Assembly: GCA_040756235.1 (NCBI GenBank)
Contig: JBFLZG010000123.1
Span: forward strand, 1-64,000
Direction of reading: 5' to 3'
Length of the DNA: 64,000 bases
Source: a bacterium
Lineage (GTDB): Bacteria; Desulfobacterota; DSWW01
Shown here piece after piece: positions 18,756 to 30,873 of the stretch. How positions within the stretch are numbered: position 1 is the first letter of the stretch; every line of letters starts with the position of its first letter. The translations under genes were made by a program, and so were the position numbers. The notes beneath the pieces are model-generated. The model was not told the origin of the DNA. It saw only the letters and a program-made list of their open reading frames with translations, and searched no databases.

Positions 18756-19206
18756 CCGCGCCTCCCTGCACGCGGCCCTGCGGCCACTACTGTCCGCGCT
18801 CGAGCGGCGCATCCTGGGCAAAGGTGCTCCTCCGATCGCTCGCGCTCCGGGACCGGAAGCCCGGCCGCGGGATGGCCTCCTACGGCCGAAGCATGGCCCG
18901 GCCAGTCTAAGAACAGAAGCTGCGGCGTGTCAAACGGAAGGGCGCAGTCCGAATGCTCTCGCGGATTCCCTGAGTGTTCTCATTCACGAATTCGCTCCCT
19001 GTTCCCGAGGGCTCTCTTGCACGGCAGCGACATGGCGACCCTCATCAGGCAACCCCGCACGAGGGCGACGCGTGCGTCGCCCCTACAAGAGCTGTGGTCC
19101 GCCGGAGGAGGCGCAGACGGGCGTCTTGGATAGCCTCCAGAATGGTCTTGACCGGCGCGGAGCATTTCACCTACCATCTTTTTAAACAGCAAACGGAGGG
19201 CCCCAG

Positions 19207-19431
19207 ATGGAAAAAGAAACCAGCATCTACAAGATCATCGAGGTCGTGGGAACGAGCAAGAAGTCCTGGGAAGAGGCGGCCAAGAACGCTGTGGAGACCG
19301 CCGGCAAGACGCTGAAGGACCTCAGAATCGCCGAAATCGTCCGTCTCGACATGGCGGTCGAGGATGGCAAAGTCACGACCTACCGCGCCAGGGTGAACAT
19401 CTCCTTCAAGTACCACGAAGGCGAGGACTGA
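19207..19431 (+). CDS. Dodecin family protein
   Basis: YKIIEVVGTS-SWEEAAKNAV...YRARVNISFK. Confidence 0.9.
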   Translation: MEKETSIYKIIEVVGTSKKSWEEAAKNAVETAGKTLKDLRIAEIVRLDMAVEDGKVTTYRARVNISFKYHEGED

Positions 19432-19656
19432 CCTGCTCCGCGGCCGCGGGATCAGGCTCCCAAGTATCGGATAGAGACGAATGCGGGTCCCTCCGGGCTG
19501 GAGGGAGAAGCCGCTTCAACCGGAGCCGGGTCGAATCAGGCGTCCGAATGCAACGCTCAGGTGGGACCCACATAACTGATAAATCACTTGATATTTTAAT
19601 TGTATTTTATTGAAAAATTGTAGATTCCATCCCTAGAAGGCATCTCTCCGTAACGC

Positions 19657-21105
19657 TCACGCATGAATCGGCGGCCGGCGGCCGACCCACGGTCTGGCCT
19701 GCTCGAGCTGCGAAGCCACCCGGATGAGCAGGTCCTCCCTGCCATAGGCTGCGACCATCTGCACGCCGATCGGCAGCCCGCCTTGGTTCCAGAAGAGAGG
19801 CAGCGAGATCGCGGGCTGGCCAGTCTCGTTGAAAGAGGGCGTGAAGGGAAGGATCGACTGCACCCGCTCAACCACTTTCTGCGGCTCTGCGGCGCTCGAT
19901 TTGAACTGGCCGAGCGCCGGGGGCGGCTCGGCGAGCGTGGGAGTGAGGAGCAGGTCGAATCCGTCCGCCCACCATGCCGCGACGCGCCGCGTATGCCCCT
20001 GGAGCCACTGAACCCCGCTCGTGAGCTGGACAGCGCTCACCGAGCGCCCCATTTCGGCAACCATCCAGTTGTAGGGTTCCAGATCGGCCGGACCGATGGC
20101 CCTGCCCGTCTTGCGACTCCACTCGTCCAGGCTCCCGGCGACCGAGGCCGCAACGAGAGTCCAGATGTGGGCCATGCTCTGCTCGGCCTCGTCCAAGGCT
20201 GCCGGATGGGACTCCTCGACCCCGTGTCCGAGCGACTCCAGGAGCCGCGCCACGTCCTGGACTGCGGTTACGCAGTCGGCATGGATGGGTACCACGCCGC
20301 CGGGCGCACGGATCATGAACCCGATGCGCAACCGGCCGGGCTCTGCTCCGACCTCGGTGCGGAAGGGCCGCAGAGGCGGGGGCGCGTAATACGGGTCGCC
20401 GGGCATCGGACCTGACACCAGATCCAGGATGGAGGCGGTGTCGCGCATGGATCGGCTCAGGACGAACTCGACCGCAAGCCCCTGCCAGTTGTCTCCGTAA
20501 TCGGGCCCCCAGGACACGCGGCCTCTGGAGGGCTTGAGGCCCACGATGCCGCACTCGCTTGCCGGCATGCGGATCGATCCGCCCCCGTCGTTGCCGTGGG
20601 CGACCGGGACCATGCCCGAGGCGACCGCGGCCGCGGACCCGCCGCTCGATCCGCCCGAGGATCGGCTCGGGTCCCACGGGTTCCGCGTGGGGCCGAAGGC
20701 CTCGGGCTCTGTGGTCGGCAGCGTCCCCAGCTCAGGGGTGTTGGTCTTGCCGATGAAGATGAAGCCTCCTTCCTTGAGCTTCCGGGCCAGGTAGGTGTCG
20801 TCCTGCGCGACCCAGCCCAGCTCCCGCAGGAACCGTGTTCCTTCATAGTACGGGTCGCCCGCGCTGTGGCACCCGAGGTCCTTAAGGAGAAACGGGACCC
20901 CCCGGAACGGCCCGGCCGCAAGGCCCGGAGCGCACGCCTGAGCCAGGGCCTTTTCAAACAGCGGAGTGATCACGGCGTTGAGCCTTGGGTTGAGCCGCTC
21001 CACCCGCTCGACTGCGGCCTGCACGAGCTCGGCGGGCCCGACTTCGCCCTTCCTGACGAGCTCCGCTTGTGCCATGGCATCCAGAAAAGAGAGCTCCTCC
21101 ATCAT
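19657..21105 (-). CDS. Amidase signature family enzyme
   Basis: [37 protein letters not shown]. Confidence 0.92.
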   Translation of the reverse strand: MMEELSFLDAMAQAELVRKGEVGPAELVQAAVERVERLNPRLNAVITPLFEKALAQACAPGLAAGPFRGVPFLLKDLGCHSAGDPYYEGTRFLRELGWVAQDDTYLARKLKEGGFIFIGKTNTPELGTLPTTEPEAFGPTRNPWDPSRSSGGSSGGSAAAVASGMVPVAHGNDGGGSIRMPASECGIVGLKPSRGRVSWGPDYGDNWQGLAVEFVLSRSMRDTASILDLVSGPMPGDPYYAPPPLRPFRTEVGAEPGRLRIGFMIRAPGGVVPIHADCVTAVQDVARLLESLGHGVEESHPAALDEAEQSMAHIWTLVAASVAGSLDEWSRKTGRAIGPADLEPYNWMVAEMGRSVSAVQLTSGVQWLQGHTRRVAAWWADGFDLLLTPTLAEPPPALGQFKSSAAEPQKVVERVQSILPFTPSFNETGQPAISLPLFWNQGGLPIGVQMVAAYGREDLLIRVASQLEQARPWVGRRPPIHA

Positions 21106-21271
21106 CACCGTTCCTCCTATGGACAGGAAAAGTGCAGGCATGCAGCAGTATAGGAAAAGCCGACCGCGAATGAAAAGCGCTTCCTTGAAAAGGTCACGGC
21201 GGATTCTCCATAATGCCTTGCGCTTGCCTCGAGGGCCTCGCGACGGGACCGGCCCTGGAAAGGAGATCGGC

Positions 21272-22960
21272 ATGCAAAGCGTGGAAACCATCCGTGCGGA
21301 CGTGCTCGTTCTGGGCGCCGGCGGAGCGGGGGTCATGGCTGCCGTGGAAGCGGAGCGGGCAGGAGCAACGACGATCATCGTATCCAAGGAGCCCGTGGGC
21401 TACGGAGACACCCGCATCTCCCTCGGTGCCATGTCGACCTCCCCGGACCGCGGCGCCGGCGACTCCGAGGAGGCGTTCGCAGAGGACATGATGCGGGGCG
21501 GCGAGCACCTGAGCGACCCGAAGCTGGTCGACGCTTTGGTCCGCGACGCCATGGATGCGACCGTCAGCTTCGAAGGTTTCGGACATCTCTTTGCCCGCGA
21601 CGAGAGCGGGACCCTGAAGAGACTCGAGTTTCCTCCGGGAGGGCACCGGGCTTCCCGGACGATCACGAGCCCCGGCGTGGGGGTCTCGATGGGACACGTG
21701 CTGCGCGCGGCCGCGGCGAGGTCGTCCGTGCGGGTCCTGGAGGAGACGGTCTGCTCGGAGCTCATCGTGGCGGACGGCCAAGTCGCGGGCGCCGCGACGT
21801 TGCGCATGTCCACGGGGAAGGTCGTCGCGATCCTGGCGAAGTCCACGATTCTCGCCACGGGCGGCGCCGGAGCCCTCTACTACCCGCACACGGACTGCAT
21901 GCCTGCGGTCGCGGGCGATGGTTTCAGCCTGGCCCTCCGGGCCGGTGCCGAGCTCGTGGACATGGAGCAGGTGCAGTTCATCCCGTTCGGCATCACGCAC
22001 CCGGCATCCATGCTGGGAGCTCCTTGCGGGGAGCCCGCGATGGCGGGCCCTTTCGGCAGGCTCGTCGACTGCAGGGGGGAGGTCGTGCTGGAGAACATCA
22101 TGCCCCTGACCCGCGCTCAGGTGGCCCGGGTCATCGTGGAGCAGATCCGGCGAGGCGGGGCGACCGGGCATGGAGGGCTCCTGCTCGATCTGAGGCCGAA
22201 CCTGGAGACCCCGGACGGCCGGTTCTTCGCCGATCTCATGAAGAAGATGGGCGGCCCTTTCCTGGACGTGGTCCGCAAAGCCTACGGCCGGAAGGCGGCG
22301 AACCTCGAAGAACCCTGGGACGTGCTCCCCTCGGCGCACTACAACATGGGAGGCGTCCGCACGGACGCGTGGTGCCGCGCCGGCGTGCCCGGGCTCTACG
22401 CCTGCGGACAGGCCCAGGGCGGAGTCATGGGCGGCAACCGCCTCGGCTCCACATCCCTCACCGAGATCTTCGTCTTCGGCAAGCGCGCGGGCCGCACCGC
22501 GGCACGGGAAGGCGCGAGCCGCTCCTTTGCGGACCCGGCATCGGCACGGCCGGCCGCCGCAAGGCTCCGCTCCCTTCCGGGCTCGGCCGGGGCGCATCGG
22601 CCCGTGCAGTTGAAGCGCGAGCTCCAGCAGCTGATGTGGGAGAAGGCGGGGCCGCTGCGCGACGCGGCCGGCCTGACGGAAGCGCTCGAGCGCATGCGCG
22701 GGATCCGAGAGCGCTCCGCAGACCTGCGCCTCACGCACATGAGACGGTACAACACCGAGGCCGCCGACGCGATCGAGCTTGACCACATGCTTCGGGCTGC
22801 CGAGGCGATCGCCCGGTCCGCACTCGAGCGCAAGGAGTCCCGGGGCGCCCACGTGAGGTCGGACTTCCCGCGCCGCAACGACCAGGCCCCGGTCGAGAAC
22901 ATGCTCGTCCGCGTCAAGAACGGCGCTTGCCAGGTCGGGCGCAAGGAGGCAGGCCGATGA
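21272..22960 (+). CDS. SdhA/FrdA/NadB-family flavoprotein
   Basis: GAGGAG, ILATGG, DMEQVQFIP, HYNMGG, GGNRLG, ESRGAH. Confidence 0.85.
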   Translation: MQSVETIRADVLVLGAGGAGVMAAVEAERAGATTIIVSKEPVGYGDTRISLGAMSTSPDRGAGDSEEAFAEDMMRGGEHLSDPKLVDALVRDAMDATVSFEGFGHLFARDESGTLKRLEFPPGGHRASRTITSPGVGVSMGHVLRAAAARSSVRVLEETVCSELIVADGQVAGAATLRMSTGKVVAILAKSTILATGGAGALYYPHTDCMPAVAGDGFSLALRAGAELVDMEQVQFIPFGITHPASMLGAPCGEPAMAGPFGRLVDCRGEVVLENIMPLTRAQVARVIVEQIRRGGATGHGGLLLDLRPNLETPDGRFFADLMKKMGGPFLDVVRKAYGRKAANLEEPWDVLPSAHYNMGGVRTDAWCRAGVPGLYACGQAQGGVMGGNRLGSTSLTEIFVFGKRAGRTAAREGASRSFADPASARPAAARLRSLPGSAGAHRPVQLKRELQQLMWEKAGPLRDAAGLTEALERMRGIRERSADLRLTHMRRYNTEAADAIELDHMLRAAEAIARSALERKESRGAHVRSDFPRRNDQAPVENMLVRVKNGACQVGRKEAGR

Positions 22961-23616
22961 ACATCCGGATCTCCGTCAGCCGGTTCGATCCCGACACCGA
23001 CAGCAGGCCGAAGTGGGTCGACTACGAAGTGCCGACGGTCGAGCGCATGACCGTGCTCCAGGCCCTGATGCACGTCTACGAAAACCTGGACCCCACACTC
23101 GCCTTCCGGTTCGGCTGCCGGTTCGGCAAGTGCGGGCTCTGCGCCGTGGAAGTGAACGGCAGGCCCAGGATGGGGTGCTCCACCCAAGTCCGGGACGGCA
23201 TGAAGATCGGCCCCCTGAGCCGCCTGCCGGTCCTTCGGGACCTGGCCGTGGATCGAGCCCTCTTCTTCGAGGGGCTGCGCAAGCTCGAGCTGTTCGTGCC
23301 GGAGCCCGAGGAGCGATCGGCGCCCGCCAAGGTCCGGGAGCCGGAGAGCCGGGCCAAGCTGCTCCTGTGCGTGGAATGCCTGGGCTGTCAGGCCACCTGC
23401 CCGGCCTCGGACGGCAGCGGCCCGGCGTCCCCTTTCGCAGGCCCCTACGCGTTCGTCAAGCTCGCCCAGCTTCATCTCGATCCTCGAAACCGGATCGACC
23501 GCCGCAGGCAGGCGCAGGACCTCGGGATTGCCGAGTGCCTGAAGTGCCGCAAGTGCCGCTGCATCAACGGGATCGACATCCAGGGCCTGGCGCTCGCCAT
23601 GCTGGCGGGCGAATGA
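22957..23616 (+). CDS. SdhB/FrdB-like iron-sulfur subunit
   Basis: FGCRFGKCGLC...C (2Fe-2S), CVECLGCQATCP, CLKCRKCRC. Confidence 0.85.
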   Translation: MNIRISVSRFDPDTDSRPKWVDYEVPTVERMTVLQALMHVYENLDPTLAFRFGCRFGKCGLCAVEVNGRPRMGCSTQVRDGMKIGPLSRLPVLRDLAVDRALFFEGLRKLELFVPEPEERSAPAKVREPESRAKLLLCVECLGCQATCPASDGSGPASPFAGPYAFVKLAQLHLDPRNRIDRRRQAQDLGIAECLKCRKCRCINGIDIQGLALAMLAGE

Positions 23617-23628
23617 CAGGAGGAGAAC

Positions 23629-24885
23629 ATGTTCGACTTTCTTCTTTCCAGGGAACAGCTGGAGCTGCGGGACGAGACGCGGGAGCTCGTCCGCTGGGTG
23701 CCGCGCCAGATGATCCTGGACATGGATGCCGATCGGATCCGGTTTCCCAAGGAGTTTCTGCAGGAGGCCGGGCGCCGCAACCTCCTGGGGTGCCGCTACC
23801 CCAGGCAGTGGGGCGGCCGGGGCATGGACTGGGTCTCGACCAGCGTGGTCATGGAAGAGGTGGGGACCCTCGGGTATGAGATGGCGTGCGTCTTCGGCGT
23901 CGGGGCGGAGCTGGTCTGCGATGCGATCGTGCGGCACGGCACGGACGAGCAGAAGGAGAAGTACGTCAGGCCCCTGCTCCGAGGAGAGCTGTTTGCAGCC
24001 GAGTGCCTGACCGAGCCGCGGGGCGGCTCGGATTTCTTCGGCGCCACCACGAGAGCCGAAGATTGCGGCGACCACTTTCTCATCAACGGCCAGAAGCGCT
24101 TCATCGTGGGAGGCGAGGGCGCAGACTATTTCCTGCTGTACGCGCGCACCGATTTCCGGCCCGAGGCTCATCCGCACAAGGCGCTGACCGCCTTCATCGT
24201 GGACCGCGGTCCGGGGGTGGAGACGAAGTACCTATACGGCCTCATGGGATGCCGGGGCGGGGGAACGGCCCGGCTCGTCTTCCGGGACGTCAAGGTTCCC
24301 AAAGAAAACGTGCTCGGCCGCGTCAACGGCGCGTACGCGGTGTTCAACACCATGATGGTCCCGGAGCGGCTCGGGACCGCGCTCATGACCATCGGTGCGG
24401 TGCGGCCGGCGGTCGAGATCGCCACCCGCTACACCTCGCGCCGCAAGGCCTTCGGCCAGGTGATCGCCACCTTCGAAGGGGTGAGCTTCCAGGTGGCCGA
24501 AGCGGTCATGCTGCTGGACGCCGCCCGCGCCATGGGATACGCCACGGCCCGGGCAGTGGACGCGGGCGTGGACATGCACCGCATCCGGCGGATGGTCTCC
24601 GAATCCAAGAAGTTCATCACCGAGGCCTGCCAGAAAGTGGCGCACAACGCCATGCAGGTCATGGGAGGGATCGGCTACACCAACATCTTCCCGATCGAGC
24701 GCATCTTCCGCGACGTGCGGCTGGCCTCCATCTGGACCGGTACGAGCGAGGTCATGTCCATGATCACGGCCCACGAGTGGTATCGGGAGTGCCTCGAGCC
24801 GAAGACCAAGGCCGAGGTGCCGCAGCGCGATTTCGAGGCCGATGCGGCCGAGGCCGAGGCGGAAGAGGAAAAGATCTACGAGTAA
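23629..24885 (+). CDS. Acyl-CoA dehydrogenase
   Basis: LTEPRGGSD, INGQKRFI, RRKAFG, QVMGGIGY. Confidence 0.92.
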   Translation: MFDFLLSREQLELRDETRELVRWVPRQMILDMDADRIRFPKEFLQEAGRRNLLGCRYPRQWGGRGMDWVSTSVVMEEVGTLGYEMACVFGVGAELVCDAIVRHGTDEQKEKYVRPLLRGELFAAECLTEPRGGSDFFGATTRAEDCGDHFLINGQKRFIVGGEGADYFLLYARTDFRPEAHPHKALTAFIVDRGPGVETKYLYGLMGCRGGGTARLVFRDVKVPKENVLGRVNGAYAVFNTMMVPERLGTALMTIGAVRPAVEIATRYTSRRKAFGQVIATFEGVSFQVAEAVMLLDAARAMGYATARAVDAGVDMHRIRRMVSESKKFITEACQKVAHNAMQVMGGIGYTNIFPIERIFRDVRLASIWTGTSEVMSMITAHEWYRECLEPKTKAEVPQRDFEADAAEAEAEEEKIYE

Positions 24886-25005
24886 ACAAGAAGCCGTGCG
24901 GCAGGAGATGAAGAAATCGGCAAGCCCCGGCTGCACGGAGTCGCCGCGCGCGCCACTCCGCAGCCAATGTTGGCGGACACGCCTGCGGCTTGGCGACCCT
25001 TCCGG

Positions 25006-25033
25006 GTAGGGGCGAAAGATCTTTCGCCCCTAC
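25006..25033. repeat. Perfect GTAG REP-like palindrome between convergent genes
   Basis: GTAGGGGCGAAAGATCTTTCGCCCCTAC. Confidence 0.85.
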
Positions 25034-25066
25034 CGATCGCTCGCGAGTTTCGGTCGAATACGGAGA

Positions 25067-26734
<1,668 letters not shown>

Positions 26735-26873
26735 CCTTCACCTCCGTACAGGTTTCTCCGAGGTTCGACGCAGTTGAACAAAAATTACCCGTCGGAAGGC
26801 CGCAAGGTCAAATTCTTCTGGCATCTCCGCCGCCCTTCTGCTAGTTAAATGAAAGAAGGCCCCGGAGGACACC

Positions 26874-27920
26874 ATGACCGCGCAAGAGCTGGCTCAACGG
26901 TTCTGTGCCTACCTCGCGCACCGGCTGCCCGATGCCCGAGACATCCGCGTTCCTCTCGTCAACCCGATCTTCGGAGGCGCGTCCCGCGAGACCTTCAGCA
27001 TGGAGCTGAGCTATCGCACCCTCCTCGAGCCCGTATCCCAGAGGGTCATCCTGCGCCGTGAATTCGAGTCCGGGATCATCGACACCAGCATCGCGACCGA
27101 GTACAAGGCCTACCAGGCGTTCCGGAGCTCGCAGGTGCCTGTCCCCAGAGTGTTCTGGAGTGAGCACGACCCGCGGTGGCTCGGCACGCCTTTCTACGTG
27201 ATGGAGGAGATCCTGGACTGCGAAGCCCTGCACGTACTGTTCTCCGCTCCGCCGTTCCGCTCGGTCCGTGAACAGGTGGGCCGATCGTTCTGCACGATCA
27301 TGGGAACGATCGCCCGGACCGACCCGGCAGCCGTGGGGCTTCGAGACGGCCTGGAGCCGGTCGCTCCCGAGGATTGCTGGAAGCGCGAGCTGACTTACTG
27401 GATGAAGAAGGCGGAGGAGAGCGAGCTCGAGCCTCAGCCGGTCCTCCGGGCGGCGATCCGCTGGCTGTGGAGGCGTCCTCCTCCGCCCGCGCGGAAGATC
27501 GCGATCGTCCACGGCGACATGCGCGCCGGCAACTTCCTGTTCAACGAGGACGGAGTCATTCGGGCCGTCCTGGACTGGGAAATGATGCATCTGGGGGATC
27601 CCCTCGAGGACCTCTCCTGGTCCCTGAACAGGCTGTGGAGCTGGACCGAGCCGGACCGCATCGGCATCATGATTCCCCGGGAGGAGGGGATCCGCGTCTG
27701 GGAAGAGGCGAGCGGACAGAAGGTCGACCTCCAGGCTCTTTTCTGGTGGGAGGTCTTCACGAGCGTGAAGTCCATGGCCATCTGGCTCTCCATGAACAAG
27801 AAGTACGCCACAGGGGCCAATACGGATCCGATCGTGGGCTACGGCGGCATCTGGGCTCTCGACCTGCAGCGGCGGATCCTGATGGAGCAGATGAGGAGGG
27901 CGCATGAGACCCACGGGTGA
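26874..27920 (+). CDS. Phosphotransferase (APH-fold) family protein
   Basis: GGASRET, LGTPFYVME, VHGDMRAGN, LDWEM-HLGDPLED. Confidence 0.88.
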   Translation: MTAQELAQRFCAYLAHRLPDARDIRVPLVNPIFGGASRETFSMELSYRTLLEPVSQRVILRREFESGIIDTSIATEYKAYQAFRSSQVPVPRVFWSEHDPRWLGTPFYVMEEILDCEALHVLFSAPPFRSVREQVGRSFCTIMGTIARTDPAAVGLRDGLEPVAPEDCWKRELTYWMKKAEESELEPQPVLRAAIRWLWRRPPPPARKIAIVHGDMRAGNFLFNEDGVIRAVLDWEMMHLGDPLEDLSWSLNRLWSWTEPDRIGIMIPREEGIRVWEEASGQKVDLQALFWWEVFTSVKSMAIWLSMNKKYATGANTDPIVGYGGIWALDLQRRILMEQMRRAHETHG

Positions 27921-28410
27921 GCAGATCCTGAAGACCCTGGCCAACACCCTGGTCACGCAGCTCATGCAGGAAGTGACGCGCGACAAGGCCAAGGCGGACC
28001 TCGGCATGATGGCGCTCCTCATGGGGGTCGCCTGCGAGGAATTCGAGCGCGGCACGTCGCAGCGGATGGAGGAGAACCGGGAGCTGAGGGAGCTGTTCTC
28101 GGAAGCCCTCGCGGTGGTCCGCGATCCCGCTCTCCGGGACCGGCTGCGAGAGGGCGCACGGACGAGCGAGACCGACTACAGCCCCACGGCGCTCGACAGG
28201 CTCAACGCAGAGCTCCTGGAAGTCCTCATCGCCCTGCATCGACACGTGGAAACGCTCGACGGGCATGAGGCCCGCGGCATGGAACGGAAGATCTGGCGCT
28301 TCCTGGAAGGCTGGACCAGGCGCAGGGCATTCGCCACCTCGGAGCTGTTCCAGCCGATCGTCCTCATGGCCACCCTGCAGAAGCGCAGCGCCCAGGGGCG
28401 ACCGACGTGA
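27904..28410 (+). CDS. Hypothetical helical protein, partner of the phosphotransferase
   Basis: Overlaps upstream gene, GGAGG RBS, host-like codon usage. Confidence 0.65.
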   Translation: MRPTGEQILKTLANTLVTQLMQEVTRDKAKADLGMMALLMGVACEEFERGTSQRMEENRELRELFSEALAVVRDPALRDRLREGARTSETDYSPTALDRLNAELLEVLIALHRHVETLDGHEARGMERKIWRFLEGWTRRRAFATSELFQPIVLMATLQKRSAQGRPT

Positions 28411-28433
28411 AACGGGACGTGAGCGACCGGGAC

Positions 28434-28472
28434 CTCGTGCGCTTTGCATCTGGAGGCTTCTGAACAGCCTCC
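28434..28472 (-). repeat. Partial end of the GAGGCTG MITE-like family
   Basis: Reverse complement matches GGAGGCTGTTCAGAA...CCAGATGCAAGGCGCACGA at 53974-54011. Confidence 0.65.
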
Positions 28473-28618
28473 GCAGGCGCAATTCCTGGACAGGATCCTG
28501 GTGGCCGCCTCCCAGGTCCCCGCTTCCTTCGGGCCCAAGTCCTTTCTGGCGTGTGCTCCTCCTGCGCCGCCAACATCCCTCGCGGACACGGGCGCGGGAG
28601 CCGGAAAGCCGAAGACCG

Positions 28619-29602
28619 ATGAACGAGCGAGAACGTTTCCGGCGCCTGTTCCGCGACGAACCCGTGGACAGGCCCCCGCTTTTCGACGACGGCGTCCGGG
28701 AAGAGGTGGCCGAGCTCTGGCGCCTCCAGGGCATGCCCAAAGGGCGCACCCATCTGGAGATCTTCGGCCTCACTCCTCACGAGAACGTGGGGCCCGACCT
28801 CACCTTCCGGTCCCCCTCCGCCGGACGGGTGATGCTTCTGTCCGAGCGGGAGTACCGCCGCGCCTTCGACGCCACCCCGGGACGCTTCCCCGCTGACTGG
28901 ACCCGGACCGTCAAGCGGCTCGAGAAGCGCGATCACGTCGCCTGCGTCTGGGCGTCCCGGGGCTTCTTTCAGGCCCTGGGCGTGGCCAACTGGAGGACGC
29001 TCGAGCAGGTCCTCGAGTGCCTGATCGAAGAGCCGCAAAAGATCCGGGCGAGGATGGAGATCTACGGGGACTTCTGCGCCCGCATGCTCGAGACGGCCCT
29101 CGCCCGAGTGGATCCCGAGTTCGTCTATCTGAGCGAGCCCATTTCCGACAACAACGGGCCGCTCATCTCGCCCTCGATGTTCGAAGAGCTCGTGATCCCC
29201 GCCTACGAGCGGATCGTCGCTGCCGCCAGGGCTCACGGGTGCCGGGAGGTCCTGGTCAACACCTACGGGAACACGGCCCTGCTCTTTCCGGCCATGATCC
29301 GGGCCGGCGTCACGAGCCTGTGGATCTCGGAGGCGGCCGAGGTCCCCGAGCTCGACTACCACAACCTGCGGCGGCAGTACGGAGCCGGCCTGGGGCTCGT
29401 GGGCGGCATCCCGCTGAGTCTGCTCCGCTCGGGAGCGCCGGGGACGATCCGCGAGCGGGTTCAGGAGATCGTCCGGCCCCTGCTGCGGGGCGGCCGCTAT
29501 GTTCCGCTGGCGAGCGGCAGGGTCAGGGAGGAGATCCCCTGGGCGGTGTACAGGCAGTATCGCGAGGCCCTGGCAAGAGAGGTGTCAGGTGTCGGGTTCT
29601 AG
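28619..29602 (+). CDS. Uroporphyrinogen decarboxylase / methyltransferase-like (URO-D fold) protein
   Basis: ERERF-PVDRPP, GPLISPSMFEE-P-Y, LRRQYG-LVGGI, GGRYVP. Confidence 0.7.
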   Translation: MNERERFRRLFRDEPVDRPPLFDDGVREEVAELWRLQGMPKGRTHLEIFGLTPHENVGPDLTFRSPSAGRVMLLSEREYRRAFDATPGRFPADWTRTVKRLEKRDHVACVWASRGFFQALGVANWRTLEQVLECLIEEPQKIRARMEIYGDFCARMLETALARVDPEFVYLSEPISDNNGPLISPSMFEELVIPAYERIVAAARAHGCREVLVNTYGNTALLFPAMIRAGVTSLWISEAAEVPELDYHNLRRQYGAGLGLVGGIPLSLLRSGAPGTIRERVQEIVRPLLRGGRYVPLASGRVREEIPWAVYRQYREALAREVSGVGF

Positions 29603-29682
29603 GCTCCAGGGCCGCCCCAGGAAGGGGTATCGGGTGCCGGGTATCAGGTTCCTGGAGCCATGCACCTGATACCTGACACCTG
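29580..29682. repeat. Heptamer inverted repeat (AGGTGTC/GACACCT type)
   Basis: AGGTGTCAGGTGTCGGG...GGGTATCAGG opposite CACCTGATACCTGACACCTGA. Confidence 0.6.
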
Positions 29683-29704
29683 AAATCCGACGGAGGCAGG
29701 CAAG

Positions 29705-30655
29705 ATGGCAGATGCGATTCGCGTGGCGGTCGTGCAGGACGCTCCGGTGGTCTTCGACCGCGAGGCGACCCTGCAGAAGACGGTCGATCTGGCGAGGCGA
29801 GCAGCGCGCGCGGGGGCCAGGCTGGTGCTGTTTCCCGAGGCCTTCATTCCGGCCTACCCCAAGGGGCTCGACTTCGGCGCCCGGGTCGGATTGAGGATGC
29901 CCTACGGCCGCGAGGACTTCCGCCGCTACTTCGAGAGCGCCGTGGACGTGCCGGGCCCCGCGACCCAGGCGCTCGCGACGGCCGCAAGGGAGGAAGGGAT
30001 CTACCTCGTCATCGGGGTCATCGAGCGGGACGGCGGCACGCTCTACTGCACGGTCCTCTTTTTCTCACCCGAAGGCACGCTCATGGGCAAACACCGCAAG
30101 CTCATGCCGACCGCCATGGAACGGCTCGTCTGGGGCTTTGGCGACGGCTCGACCATGCCGGTGTTCGAGACGCCGCTGGGCCGGCTCGGCGCGGTGATCT
30201 GCTGGGAAAACTACATGCCCATGATGCGCATGGCGATGTACGCCAAAGGCGTCCAGCTCTACTGCGCACCGACCGCCGACGACCGCGACACCTGGCTGCC
30301 CACCATGCAGACCATCGCCCTGGAGGGACGCTGCTTCGTCCTGAGCTGCTGCCAGTTCCTCCTGCGCGGGGACTGCCCTGAGGATTACGCGGCCATCCAG
30401 GGAAACGACCCCTCGACCGTTCTCATGCGCGGAGGGAGCACGATCGTCAGTCCCTTCGGCCAGGTGCTGGCAGGCCCCGTGTTCGAGGCGCCCTGCATCC
30501 TCACGGCAGACCTCGATCCGAACGAAATCACCCGGGGCAAGTACGATTTCGACGTGGCAGGCCACTACGCCCGGCCCGACGTGTTCCGCCTCCAGGTCAA
30601 CGAGAAGCCGATGCCCGCCGTGGTACGGGCCCGACCGGGGCCGGACGAACCCTGA
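29705..30655 (+). CDS. Nitrilase (carbon-nitrogen hydrolase)
   Basis: LFPEAF, HRKLMPT, ICWEN (Glu-Lys-Cys triad), GHYARPDVF. Confidence 0.92.
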   Translation: MADAIRVAVVQDAPVVFDREATLQKTVDLARRAARAGARLVLFPEAFIPAYPKGLDFGARVGLRMPYGREDFRRYFESAVDVPGPATQALATAAREEGIYLVIGVIERDGGTLYCTVLFFSPEGTLMGKHRKLMPTAMERLVWGFGDGSTMPVFETPLGRLGAVICWENYMPMMRMAMYAKGVQLYCAPTADDRDTWLPTMQTIALEGRCFVLSCCQFLLRGDCPEDYAAIQGNDPSTVLMRGGSTIVSPFGQVLAGPVFEAPCILTADLDPNEITRGKYDFDVAGHYARPDVFRLQVNEKPMPAVVRARPGPDEP

Positions 30656-30873
30656 TGCGGACCTGCACTCCGCGTTTTCGGCCCGCGTTTTGCACATGTT
30701 TTCTGGTCTCGTTGCTGTCTCGATCTCGAATTGACCTCCTCCCCACGAGGTGCTAAGAGGTGCGGAACCCTGCAGCGGGAGGCCGAAGGGCCAGGGGACC
30801 GGCAGCCGGCCGGCAGCCAACCGACTCCCTGACTTTGACCTTTTCTCTTTTCCCGTTGACCTGAGAACAGGCG

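Noticed and set aside
21272..23616. Canonical sdhAB/frdAB
   Set aside because: No membrane anchor and key His residues are altered, so gene symbols were withheld.
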